This document shows, one piece after another, positions 1-8,740 of a stretch of DNA of 64,000 bases; within the stretch, counting starts at the first letter, position 1; each line of letters starts with the position of its first letter. A program made the position numbers and the translations under genes. Origin of the DNA: a virus. A model generated the notes under the pieces. It was not told the origin of the DNA. It did not search any database and saw nothing but the letters and a program-made list of their open reading frames with translations. Location: the IMG/VR virus record IMGVR_UViG_3300025120_014869, positions 14,261 to 78,260 of that record; one strand, given 5' to 3'.

Positions 1-1
1 T

Positions 2-487
2 GATCTTACTAAAGATGGAGAGTTTAAAAAGTATATTCATTTCGATTTTGTATATTCATCTGCATGTCCTTGTAGTTTTGAATTAAGTGAGCATGCTGAA
101 AAATATCGTAACCGTGCTACTGTACCTCATAGTCAACGTAGTGTTGCAAGAGTAAGTGTACGTTTTGATGATATGTTATGGGTAGAAGATCTTCAGGAGT
201 TATGTCTTGCAGCTTTACAGACTGAAACGCAAGTTATGGTTAAGAGAGAAGATGAGCAAGCATTTGCTGAAATGAATGGTTCATTTTTAAAATTCGTAGA
301 AGATGCAGTAAGATTATTATATGAAAAATTAGCTAATGAATCTCGTATTAAAGATTTTAAGATTGTAGCTTCTCATAATGAAAGTCTTCATAGTCATAAT
401 GCAGTATCAGTTATCGTTAAAGGTGTAGAAGGAGGCTTCTCAGCAGGTGTTGCTAGAGATGTATTTGAAACTACTGGACTTAGATAA
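2..487 (+). CDS. folE2: GTP cyclohydrolase IB (FolE2), 5'-truncated by window edge
   Basis: Frame is open from base 2: ...YSSACPCS...PHSQRS...[10 protein letters not shown]...FVEDAVR...ESLHSHNA, the FolE2/MptA signature motifs. Confidence 0.9.
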   Translation, partial: DLTKDGEFKKYIHFDFVYSSACPCSFELSEHAEKYRNRATVPHSQRSVARVSVRFDDMLWVEDLQELCLAALQTETQVMVKREDEQAFAEMNGSFLKFVEDAVRLLYEKLANESRIKDFKIVASHNESLHSHNAVSVIVKGVEGGFSAGVARDVFETTGLR

Positions 488-490
488 TAG

Positions 491-649
491 ATGAAATCAC
501 CTCTCGATGATATGTGGCAATTTAACTATCTTTGGGAAAAAATGCAAAAGCGTATAGATGATTTAGAAAATAAAGTAAAACGATTAGAGCATTTTAAAAA
601 AGAACAAATAGAAAAAGAATATAGACAAGATAATGGTAGAAAAAATTAA
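491..649 (+). CDS. Small coiled-coil hypothetical protein (52 aa, not in ORF track)
   Basis: ATG at 491; MKSPLDDMWQFNYLWEKMQKRIDDLENKVKRLEHF...; fills the gap between folE2 and the next gene. Confidence 0.55.
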   Translation: MKSPLDDMWQFNYLWEKMQKRIDDLENKVKRLEHFKKEQIEKEYRQDNGRKN

Positions 650-917
650 AAATTTCTGGATTGAAAGTTATATATCTAATAAGAAAGCATTTTATTTAGA
701 AATTATAAGTTTCTTTTGCGCGGTTACAGCTTCATTTTATCTTGCGTTAACTGCACAAAATCCTAATATGACTTTAGTTTATCCTATATTTTTTATAGCT
801 GCATTTTGTTCATCAATAGCTCACTATAAACGTAAAGTAGCTTTTCCATTATTACTGACAATGTATTTCTGTGTAGTAAATGTATTCGGTTTCGGTAGAT
901 CAATTGATATTTGGTAG
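633..917 (+). CDS. Small membrane protein (about 3 TM helices)
   Basis: Three hydrophobic stretches in 94 aa. Confidence 0.65.
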   Translation: MVEKIKNFWIESYISNKKAFYLEIISFFCAVTASFYLALTAQNPNMTLVYPIFFIAAFCSSIAHYKRKVAFPLLLTMYFCVVNVFGFGRSIDIW

Positions 918-932
918 GAACAATAATATAAT
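904..932 (+). promoter_or_regulatory. Sigma70-like promoter with AGGAAC element
   Basis: TTGATA(904)-N17-TATAAT(927), with AGGAAC at 916; ATG 6 nt downstream. Confidence 0.65.
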
Positions 933-938
933 AAAAGT

Positions 939-1475
939 ATGAACATATTTTGTACTAATGATGATCCTATTTTATCTGCAAATGATCTATGTGACCAACA
1001 TGTAAGATCTAAAATGCAAATTGAAGGAGCAATTATGTTAGCTCATGCATTTGATCAAGAAGTATTGAATCATAAAGATTGTCCTAGAACAAAATTAGGT
1101 AAACCTCGTAAAAGTGGTAAAGGTTATTATAATCATCAATGTAGTATATGGGCTAGAGAAACAAGAGATAATTTTTTATGGTTAGTATTTCATACATTAA
1201 GAATGTTTCACGAAAGAAATTTAAGATGGCCTGATAGCAATCCACATCATACTCAAGCTTTTATTGAATGGTGCGGTGCTAATATGCATAATACTAGTAT
1301 ATCTACGCTAAAAAAAGGTAGAACTCCTTTTGCTATAGCTATTAGTGATAATTGTGAATGTCGTAAAAGTAGTAGTTTTAATAGTTTAACTACTATAGAA
1401 CAATATAGAGAATATATTAGGAAAGATAAACCTTTTGCTACTTGGACTAATAGAAAAAATCCAAGTTGGTATTAA
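939..1475 (+). CDS. Pyrimidine dimer DNA glycosylase / endonuclease V-like protein
   Basis: MNIF..DDP..SA..LCDQHV.SKM..E.A.ML, NH.CSIWARE, YREY...K.FATW pattern of the phage DenV-like family. Confidence 0.75.
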   Translation: MNIFCTNDDPILSANDLCDQHVRSKMQIEGAIMLAHAFDQEVLNHKDCPRTKLGKPRKSGKGYYNHQCSIWARETRDNFLWLVFHTLRMFHERNLRWPDSNPHHTQAFIEWCGANMHNTSISTLKKGRTPFAIAISDNCECRKSSSFNSLTTIEQYREYIRKDKPFATWTNRKNPSWY

Positions 1476-1888
1476 TCTAAGTTACCTTCTGCACTTACAT
1501 CAATAAGACCACCTAGCTGTTCTATAAAATCTTTACCAACTAAGATTTTGTATTCATTCTCTTCTCTATCACCTATTGAGAATTTAGTTTTAGGATAAAC
1601 ATTATCACCTATTTCAATATCAAATTCTACTACTGGTCTTTCTTCTATATTACCTGAACCGACATTTATATCTATTTTTTCTAATAAATCTTTAGTAATT
1701 TTTTTATCATTAACAGTAAAAAAAGTTACTTTATTATCGTGCTCTACTATATTAAAACCATGTAAGACATTATAAGCCCCGTTACCGCTATCTATTTTAG
1801 CTTCAACGGGGCCTAATTCTTTAAAAGTTATAGTTTCAATTAAACCTAATGGTTTATTTGATTCAAAGAAATTTTTAAATGATATCAC
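1472..1888 (-). CDS. Retropepsin-like (RimK-associated Zn-protease family) protease with capsid-targeting-like leader
   Basis: AKIDSGN catalytic D-S-G, ERPVV, ILVGKDFI; N-terminus MISFKNFFES. Confidence 0.75.
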   Translation of the reverse strand: MISFKNFFESNKPLGLIETITFKELGPVEAKIDSGNGAYNVLHGFNIVEHDNKVTFFTVNDKKITKDLLEKIDINVGSGNIEERPVVEFDIEIGDNVYPKTKFSIGDREENEYKILVGKDFIEQLGGLIDVSAEGNLD

Positions 1889-1905
1889 ACAATTATTTAT
1901 GCTTA

Positions 1906-2082
1906 CTAAGCATTCTTCTTGTCTTGAATTTCTTTTCTAATAACTTTCGTTAATTTAGCAATTTCAAGTAAAGCTTTACGAGCTCGTGTACCTGCTGCTG
2001 CATTGCGTTTTTCGTTAAATTTAGTCAAATTTTCTGTAAATTGACCGAATTGTTCGTTTAGTGATTCAATATTCTGTTCCAT
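1906..2082 (-). CDS. Histone H1-like Hc1-family protein (58 aa, not in ORF track)
   Basis: MEQNIESLNEQFGQFTENLTKFNEKRNAAAGTRARKALLEIAKLTKVIRKEIQDKKNA; N.AAGTRARK motif; TAAATA 7 nt upstream. Confidence 0.8.
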   Translation of the reverse strand: MEQNIESLNEQFGQFTENLTKFNEKRNAAAGTRARKALLEIAKLTKVIRKEIQDKKNA

Positions 2083-2105
2083 AATAAACTATTTACTATA
2101 AAAAA

Positions 2106-2372
2106 TTACTTTTTCCAGCTTACTCTCTTCGAACTTTTCTTTTTATACATTTTACCTTTTATTTTATTACATTCTGCTTTAGTAGGTCTACATGCAGGGT
2201 ATGAACCACCAGATTTTTTACTTTTACGTCCGCAAGGACCTCCAGTTTTACAATTAATCCAACCGCTAAATTTTTTACCAGTTTTAGGATCTGTACCTCC
2301 CCTTTTAAACCATTGACGTAAACTATCGCTAGCTTCATTTAAATAAAAATTAGCTAATTCGTCAAATTTCAC
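2106..2372 (-). CDS. Small basic Cys-containing protein, putative capsid-internal protein
   Basis: Leader MKFDELANFYLNE, then K/R-rich domain (WINCKTGGPCGRK...YPACRP). Confidence 0.7.
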   Translation of the reverse strand: MKFDELANFYLNEASDSLRQWFKRGGTDPKTGKKFSGWINCKTGGPCGRKSKKSGGSYPACRPTKAECNKIKGKMYKKKSSKRVSWKK

Positions 2373-2530
2373 GCTAATCCTTTTGCTTCTTTTGATGCGT
2401 GTAATTTATCACCAGCTTTTTTAGCAGCTTTATAAGCCTTAGAACCTTTTCTAGCTGATTTTTTACCAGATTTTTTCTTTTTGTTTATATTAGCCCATAA
2501 ACTTTCTAAAATTGTATCAAATTTATTCAT
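2369..2530 (-). CDS. Small Lys/Ala-rich protein (53 aa, not in ORF track)
   Basis: MNKFDTILESLWANINKKKKSGKKSARKGSKAYKAAKKAGDKLHASKEAKGLA; ATGA and GTGA overlaps with both neighbours. Confidence 0.75.
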   Translation of the reverse strand: MNKFDTILESLWANINKKKKSGKKSARKGSKAYKAAKKAGDKLHASKEAKGLA

Positions 2531-3021
2531 TTTTTCTTCCAAATTTTACCTTTACGGCATCTTACTATTGCACCAGATTTATATGCTGAAGTTTTTTTAC
2601 CATATACGCTATCAGCTTTTCTTTTACAACGATCTTCAGCGTCCTCTTGTTTTACACCTTTATCTCGTAATATTTTATCGAATATATTTGATAAAGTGTT
2701 TTTAACACCTGGTGATAATTGATCTGCTACGTTTTTATTTTTATTTTTTAACATAGCAGGGTAATCTTTTTTAAATAAATTTTCATTTGATTCGCTGTCT
2801 TCAGAATCATGTTTATAATGACCGCTCATTTTAGATTTTCTTAAATGATCTTTTAATGCTTCAACTTTAAGCATTCTATTTAACTTAAGTTTAAGCATAT
2901 CTACATACCTATTACCACCGTACATTTTAACTCTTTCCGGATCTGGGTTTTGAATCATTTTTTTAAGATCTTCGATAGCCTTATTAGATGATTCAGTAAA
3001 AAATTTAAAAGATTCTGTCAT
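2527..3021 (-). CDS. Modular basic protein, putative capsid-internal protein
   Basis: Leader MTESFKFFTE; internal EDAE followed by basic C-terminal module; TAAATA-N5-ATG. Confidence 0.7.
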   Translation of the reverse strand: MTESFKFFTESSNKAIEDLKKMIQNPDPERVKMYGGNRYVDMLKLKLNRMLKVEALKDHLRKSKMSGHYKHDSEDSESNENLFKKDYPAMLKNKNKNVADQLSPGVKNTLSNIFDKILRDKGVKQEDAEDRCKRKADSVYGKKTSAYKSGAIVRCRKGKIWKKK

Positions 3022-3032
3022 ATTATTATTTA

Positions 3033-3233
3033 TTATTTTTTCTTTCCACCCTTCATGTTAGCACACCAATGATACATTTTACCTTTCTCGCCTCCATATT
3101 TTTTAGCTTTTTTTCTAAGTTCAGTTACAGAACCTTTACAACTAGCACCGGATTTTTTTACTCTACCAGGTCTGCTTTTGCCTTTTATCTTTTTATCAGC
3201 ATAATTTTCGTGAAATGTTTTAAAATTTATCAT
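3033..3233 (-). CDS. Small basic protein, putative capsid-internal protein
   Basis: Leader MINFKTFHE; K-rich, HWCANMK motif. Confidence 0.7.
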   Translation of the reverse strand: MINFKTFHENYADKKIKGKSRPGRVKKSGASCKGSVTELRKKAKKYGGEKGKMYHWCANMKGGKKK

Positions 3234-3595
3234 TTTTTCTTCAATCTTTGTGTTTTTTTCTTACTAGCTTCTTTTCTCTTACTAATATATTTAAAAGCAG
3301 CTGTTAATCTTTTCTTTTTAATAGGGTCTTTTACTCTACCCTTTGCAGCTCTAACTCTTTGATGTATTAAATTTATAATTTGTGATTGCCTTGCATGGGA
3401 TTTAGATTTAAAAGTTTTTTTAGTTAATGTATCTCTGATATCAGATGTCGTACTAAATTTTACTTTAACAGTATCTTTAGGATTTTCATCAGTATAAAGT
3501 CTTCTACTTGAACCTTTAGGTTTTTTACCTGTACCTTTCTTAGGATCTGCTTCTAATAGAATTTTTTCTACTAAAGTATCAAATTTTCTTACCAT
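3230..3595 (-). CDS. Basic protein, putative capsid-internal protein
   Basis: Likely start MVRKFDTLVEKILLE (ATG 3595); DPKKGTGKKPKGSSRRLYTDENPKDTV. Confidence 0.7.
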   Translation of the reverse strand: MVRKFDTLVEKILLEADPKKGTGKKPKGSSRRLYTDENPKDTVKVKFSTTSDIRDTLTKKTFKSKSHARQSQIINLIHQRVRAAKGRVKDPIKKKRLTAAFKYISKRKEASKKKTQRLKKK

Positions 3596-3927
3596 TTTCT
3601 GCATGACCAATATCTTGCCATAGTTTTAGGACCTGGATTATCACAATTATGCCTAGCTCTAAATGATTTACGAGCTTTAGGGTTACTTTTACGTATTTTC
3701 ATTGTCTTTTCTCCACGTTTTTTTGCTGATGTACCGCCATGACCGAAGTTAACCTTCTTAACATTACCTGTTTTAGGATTTTTTACATAAACTTTAAATT
3801 TCTTAACGTCACCTCTCATTGGTTTATTTAATTTTACTTTACGACCTCTATATTCAGCATCTTCAGATGATGCCATAACTGGCCCATATTCATTTAAAAG
3901 TTCTATTACTAAATTATTAAACTGCAT
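3589..3927 (-). CDS. Basic protein, putative capsid-internal protein
   Basis: Leader MQFNNLVIELLNE; EDAE-YRGRKVKLNKP...KKVNFG...ARKSFRARHNC...RYWSC. Confidence 0.75.
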   Translation of the reverse strand: MQFNNLVIELLNEYGPVMASSEDAEYRGRKVKLNKPMRGDVKKFKVYVKNPKTGNVKKVNFGHGGTSAKKRGEKTMKIRKSNPKARKSFRARHNCDNPGPKTMARYWSCRKW

Positions 3928-3932
3928 AATTA

Positions 3933-3950
3933 TATTTATTTAATTAAATA
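3933..3950. promoter_or_regulatory. Back-to-back late promoters
   Basis: TATTTA 3933-3938 and TAAATA 3945-3950, each 5 nt from a divergent ATG. Confidence 0.7.
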
Positions 3951-3955
3951 ATAGT

Positions 3956-4510
3956 ATGGATAAAGAAACTAATTTGATTTTTGAAAAATACAAACAAGTA
4001 AATGAAGCTTTAGGGTTAGGTCCTAATACACCTTCTATGATTCATATAAAAGTTGGTGAAACTAAAGCTTTGAGACCAAAAACTCAACCACCAACTGAAG
4101 ATGAAATGGTTTTTATTCAAGCAGGTGATAAAGAAGAGGATTCAGATTGCGGTTGCGGAGGAGAATCTGAAGATGATTGCGGTTGCGATAGTAAAGAAGG
4201 TAAAACAATTTACGATGGTGAATTAGATATGGCTAGATTAGAATTATTAAAAGCTAATGAATACGCTGCAAAACTTTTTCATCATATAGGTAATCACCCT
4301 GATAGTGATTATTTAGAAGGCTGGGTTGCAAGTAAAATAACTAAAGCAGCTGATTATCTATCTTCTGTTTATCATTATCTAGATTATGAAGATAATTTTG
4401 CTACTAGAGAACCTTGTTATAGCGATGAGGAAGAAAATGAAGACGAAGATCTAGAAATAGACGATGATGAAATGACTAAAACAGCTCGCGAGTCTGGTTT
4501 TGGTGCTTAA
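3956..4510 (+). CDS. Acidic late protein with duplicated DCGC motif
   Basis: MDKETNLIFEKY leader; DCGC twice (13-nt repeat at 4145 and 4175); helical LEGWVASKITKAADYL domain. Confidence 0.75.
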   Translation: MDKETNLIFEKYKQVNEALGLGPNTPSMIHIKVGETKALRPKTQPPTEDEMVFIQAGDKEEDSDCGCGGESEDDCGCDSKEGKTIYDGELDMARLELLKANEYAAKLFHHIGNHPDSDYLEGWVASKITKAADYLSSVYHYLDYEDNFATREPCYSDEEENEDEDLEIDDDEMTKTARESGFGA

Positions 4511-6402
4511 ATTAACTTATTATCAAAAATACGTTTAATTTCTTCATCAAATGAACCGTAAAGATCAGTAATTAAGTTTCTTCTTAGTGTATCATCACCT
4601 GATTTATAAAGATATCTAATTTCTGAAGCACTTCTTATATCTTTATCTAATATATCAAAATCCATAGTAGGTAATGTTACGATATATCCATGTTTATCTA
4701 AAGTTTCAGACTTATCTAAATTTTCAAAAGGTTGGAAGTAACTAGGAGTACCATTTTTCTTAGTCCCGAACTTAAATCTCGGTTTATCACCTTCCATATC
4801 TTTAGCTGATACTGCAAAAATAAGAATTGTATTATCTGCAGTGTAATCTTGAACGATTTCTTTAGCTAAATATGGATTTACTACTTTTTTAACAAAATTA
4901 GGGTCAATTCCAGAACTTTGTATCATTTGAACTTTTTCATCGTAAGTAAATGGTGATCTTTCTGGATCAGTCTTTTCAGAAGTTGATATAAAAACGTCAC
5001 CATTAGGAAATTCCTGTTTTAGTTTATTATAAACTGAAGCATGACCTTTATGAAAAGGGTGAAATCTACCAGGATATATAACTAATATTTTTTTAGTAAC
5101 GTTATCATTAAATTCTTTTAAAAAATTATACATTTCACCAAAGGTATCTATAGAATGTCTTAATCTGGTACCTTCCCCAGTGTTAAATACTGGAGGGTTA
5201 TTAATATAATTTTCTTCATCACTTGGTTTACCTGCTAAAAAATTAGCTCTACTAAATTCTAACCTATCTACTAATTTTATTGCATTACCATCTCTATCAA
5301 TTGCTACATACCCTTCAGGAGAGGTTACTTTTAATGTACCATCACCGTTATCTATAAAATGTTTAGTAGTATATACAGCATTATTATATTTGTTTATAAA
5401 AATTTGTTTAGCATCAGAAAGTAACTTACTTACTTTAAAGAGATTAATAATATTATCTTTATCTCTTTTTATTTCATTTAATTTTTTAGTATATAGTAAT
5501 TTAACCTTTGATTTACCAGTATCACTTTTTCTTTTAGCAATTTCTCTTTCCATTCTACCTAAAAACCAATTTATAAAGCTATTATAAGAATCTTCAGGGT
5601 CTTTTAAGTATTCCCCTTCTTTAATTTCTACATTAGTGTAGATGTTTATAAGATCTAAAGGTAAGTCATTATAATCTACGTTTATACCATCTACAACATT
5701 TAAAATACCTTTTATTTGCTCTGACTCATCTTTAGTTAAAGTAACTACACCAGTATCATCTTTAAAATAAGCATCATCAACCCAAATATCATTAACTTCA
5801 TTTAAATTATCAATTTTAGCACCAAATCTAGCACCACCACCTAAATCATCATACTCAGTATGAAATATAATACCAAATTTAGATTCTTTTACCTTTTTAC
5901 CTAACTCAGAATCTTCTTCAATAGCATATTTTATTGTATTTGGTTTAAAAGTTATATGAGAAGTACCATCTATATCTTCTATTCTTTTAGATGAATCATC
6001 AAACATAAAATCACCTTGTAAGATATTTTTTATACCTAATTGAGGTAAGTATTTTAATGCTTTTTTAAGTTTATCAGCTAAACCTGGTGAACTACCATGA
6101 TTTAAATCAATATCACTCTCTGTATAATTAAACTTAGGGTTCATATTGAAAATAGATTTAGTACCAACAAAAAACTTACCGTTTTCAGGATTAATACCTG
6201 CAAATAATGCTGGTGCTCCGTCCCATTTAACTGTAGTACCTATTCTACCACTGTTAGTTTCAAGATGATTTAATAAATCATGTATAAATTTTCTTGCTAA
6301 TGTATATCCATCTTTACCCTTTTTAAGAATAAGTTCTTCTAAATGAGTTAAATGAGTATTAGCCTTTTTCTGCTCAGTAATATATTGTTTTAATGTTTTC
6401 AT
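4507..6402 (-). CDS. Fusion: ligase-fold nucleotidyltransferase + HxGH (cytidylyl/adenylyl)transferase
   Basis: Start reassigned to MKTLKQYITE (ATGA overlap at 6399-6402); KWDG, LQGD, EGYV, IKLV ligase-like motifs; C-terminal YPGRFHPFHKGH and RSASEIR. Confidence 0.75.
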   Translation of the reverse strand: MKTLKQYITEQKKANTHLTHLEELILKKGKDGYTLARKFIHDLLNHLETNSGRIGTTVKWDGAPALFAGINPENGKFFVGTKSIFNMNPKFNYTESDIDLNHGSSPGLADKLKKALKYLPQLGIKNILQGDFMFDDSSKRIEDIDGTSHITFKPNTIKYAIEEDSELGKKVKESKFGIIFHTEYDDLGGGARFGAKIDNLNEVNDIWVDDAYFKDDTGVVTLTKDESEQIKGILNVVDGINVDYNDLPLDLINIYTNVEIKEGEYLKDPEDSYNSFINWFLGRMEREIAKRKSDTGKSKVKLLYTKKLNEIKRDKDNIINLFKVSKLLSDAKQIFINKYNNAVYTTKHFIDNGDGTLKVTSPEGYVAIDRDGNAIKLVDRLEFSRANFLAGKPSDEENYINNPPVFNTGEGTRLRHSIDTFGEMYNFLKEFNDNVTKKILVIYPGRFHPFHKGHASVYNKLKQEFPNGDVFISTSEKTDPERSPFTYDEKVQMIQSSGIDPNFVKKVVNPYLAKEIVQDYTADNTILIFAVSAKDMEGDKPRFKFGTKKNGTPSYFQPFENLDKSETLDKHGYIVTLPTMDFDILDKDIRSASEIRYLYKSGDDTLRRNLITDLYGSFDEEIKRIFDNKLI

Positions 6403-7421
6403 CTTGATCCTACAAGGGTACAATCCCAGCCTCCACCATCAGCTCTATGACCGAAATCTAATACACCTTTTAAATTATTTATTTGAATATAAAAATCACT
6501 AATATTAGTTAAATTTTTCATATTTACAGACTGTAAAGCTAGATCATTACCAATATTATTAAAAGCTAAAAAATTATCAAACCCTTGAGCTTTTTTATAT
6601 TCAAATAACTGTACAACACCACCTATATACCTTAATAGATTAACTCCAAGTTTAGCAGACTTACCTCTTAATTTACCTTTCCGTAAGAAATAATCTCTTT
6701 CTACTACTAATCTATCATATAAATTATTATTTTTAGCTAATTCTATTATTTCACCTTTAGAATCCGGTACACCGCAATAGTGAGCTATAAACTCGCATAT
6801 TAATTCAAGTTGTTGATTATCATCTTTACCTTCCTCTTGTAGTTTTTCAAAATTAGTTTTTAAAGCTGCTGTCTTAAACATTCTACCACTAGGACCTTTT
6901 AATTCTACTTCTAAACCACCGGTACTTAAATCACCTTTCTTAGGTTTAATACCATCGGTTAAAAAAGCTAAAAATAATTCACCACATCCTGGTGATCCAT
7001 GCGTTGGAGCTTCTGGTACTGCACACCATGCGCTGCTAAAATAATTGTTATATACATCAGAGTTATGGAAACTATTTTTTACAAAAGCTTCTAACGTAAA
7101 AAACGAACTGTTTTCACATAATCCTAAAAAATCTGATTGAGCATGCTTAAAATTTTCTTCTTTTACTTCTAAATTAGCGCTATGAGAAAAACTTTGAAAA
7201 ATATTTAAATTATCATTTATATTACCACCTGCTTTATCTAATCTACCTTCAATTTCTTGTCTACCTGCTATACTATCAGTGGTACCCATCTTGACATACC
7301 TGGATAAAATATCATCATAATAGTTTTGATCTACATTAGCAAGTAGTTCATAGCTATCACCTTTTTTTGTATAAAGAGAAACGTCTTCTTTATAAATTTT
7401 ATCTAAAGATCTCCAGCTCAT
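6399..7421 (-). CDS. Putative PD-(D/E)xK nuclease-fold protein
   Basis: GCGELFLAFL...KGDL....LEVELKG matches E...GD...ExK catalytic spacing. Confidence 0.55.
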   Translation of the reverse strand: MSWRSLDKIYKEDVSLYTKKGDSYELLANVDQNYYDDILSRYVKMGTTDSIAGRQEIEGRLDKAGGNINDNLNIFQSFSHSANLEVKEENFKHAQSDFLGLCENSSFFTLEAFVKNSFHNSDVYNNYFSSAWCAVPEAPTHGSPGCGELFLAFLTDGIKPKKGDLSTGGLEVELKGPSGRMFKTAALKTNFEKLQEEGKDDNQQLELICEFIAHYCGVPDSKGEIIELAKNNNLYDRLVVERDYFLRKGKLRGKSAKLGVNLLRYIGGVVQLFEYKKAQGFDNFLAFNNIGNDLALQSVNMKNLTNISDFYIQINNLKGVLDFGHRADGGGWDCTLVGSR

Positions 7422-7744
7422 ACATCTATATCTATATCAGTTGAATATTTTTTCATGATATTGATTAATAGAGAAAGAGAACTTTTTGCATTTTTTTCAT
7501 TAATGTCTCCTAAACTAGTAATTGAATCAACATCATTAGAATCGATTTGTGTTACTAAAGCTTTTTTAATCATTCTAACTAAAAGTACCTCAGATTCAGG
7601 AGATAGTTTTTCAACCTCTGGTTCAGGTTGTTCTGCTACTTCGGTATCAGTAACTGTGGTAGTATCTGTTTCCATACCAGGTAATTCAGCACCTGTTTCA
7701 TCTTGTTCAAATACTTTATCAAATGCTTCTAAAAATTTTTTCAT
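7418..7744 (-). CDS. Acidic hypothetical late protein
   Basis: Leader MKKFLEAFDKVFE; acidic Thr-rich linker; ATGA overlap. Confidence 0.7.
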   Translation of the reverse strand: MKKFLEAFDKVFEQDETGAELPGMETDTTTVTDTEVAEQPEPEVEKLSPESEVLLVRMIKKALVTQIDSNDVDSITSLGDINEKNAKSSLSLLINIMKKYSTDIDIDV

Positions 7745-7745
7745 T

Positions 7746-8162
7746 TTATTTTATTCCCTCCGCTGCAGTTTTTATTTTACCTGCTATTTTTCTCATCATA
7801 ACCCCGTAAGCTTTATTAACTTCTTTTTGAGGATCTGGACCGAAAAGTCTTTCTTTTTCTGGACCAGTTGTTAATCTTTGAGCAATACCTATTGCATCTT
7901 CTGTAGATTTATCTAAAAACTCATTTTCAGCATCTTCAATTTCATTTGTCATATTATTAATTTTATTTAAAAATGACTTAAATTTTTGAGGATCGCTAAA
8001 TCTTAATCTACTTAAAATATCAGTTGCTTCTTCATTCTTTCCAGCTTTAATTAATTCGAAAACTTTAGATTCTAAATCTTCTTCATTTTCATCAGCTGCA
8101 TATTGATTTTCATATACCTTTTCAGCTAATATCTTATTAGCTATGCTTGTAAACTTATCCAT
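7746..8162 (-). CDS. Hypothetical late protein
   Basis: Leader MDKFTSIANKILAE; TAAATA-N5-ATG. Confidence 0.7.
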   Translation of the reverse strand: MDKFTSIANKILAEKVYENQYAADENEEDLESKVFELIKAGKNEEATDILSRLRFSDPQKFKSFLNKINNMTNEIEDAENEFLDKSTEDAIGIAQRLTTGPEKERLFGPDPQKEVNKAYGVMMRKIAGKIKTAAEGIK

Positions 8163-8170
8163 ATTATTAT

Positions 8171-8740
8171 TTATCTAATTAAAAGAAGTTTTGTTGATAA
8201 CTTGTTGAAGTAATCTTTATTTAAAAAAGTTAATTCATATCTTTTAGTAAACTTCTTTATATTAGAAAATGTATACCTACTAATATCAATTTTGTTTATT
8301 TTAGATATCATTGAATTAATAGTAGTTTGAGCTTTACCATCATTTTTATCAATAAGAAAAGTTAGGTATCCAATTGAGAATTTACTTATGTATATTTTTA
8401 CCGGTAATAATTTTTCTACCTTTCTTAAAGTATTATTAAAAAATAATAATAAATCCTTTTCTTTATAATATTTAAATATTTCACAATCATCTAACTGGGT
8501 ATTATTAAAGTAAATTAAAGTTTTACTTTTTGATTTTAATACCTTTTCACATACACCTAATATTATATAATGAAAGAAAAATTTCTTAACTAAAGAGTTA
8601 TTAATACTTTTATCTAACAACTTATATTCATGTAATGTATTAATTATTTCAGGTTGTATATCTTTAATAAACAAGTCATTAAAATCTACAATATTTAAAT
8701 CATAATTATCTAAACATAAATCAGGCATCATTATTATCAT
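8171..8740 (-). CDS. Hypothetical protein
   Basis: Long ORF packed between neighbours; true start may be the ATG near 8731. Confidence 0.65.
   Translation of the reverse strand: MIIMMPDLCLDNYDLNIVDFNDLFIKDIQPEIINTLHEYKLLDKSINNSLVKKFFFHYIILGVCEKVLKSKSKTLIYFNNTQLDDCEIFKYYKEKDLLLFFNNTLRKVEKLLPVKIYISKFSIGYLTFLIDKNDGKAQTTINSMISKINKIDISRYTFSNIKKFTKRYELTFLNKDYFNKLSTKLLLIR

Noticed and set aside
2481-7874. Plus-strand ORFs 2481, 3069, 5390, 7455
   Set aside because: Antisense shadows of well-supported minus-strand genes; F/L/S-rich composition typical of reverse frames
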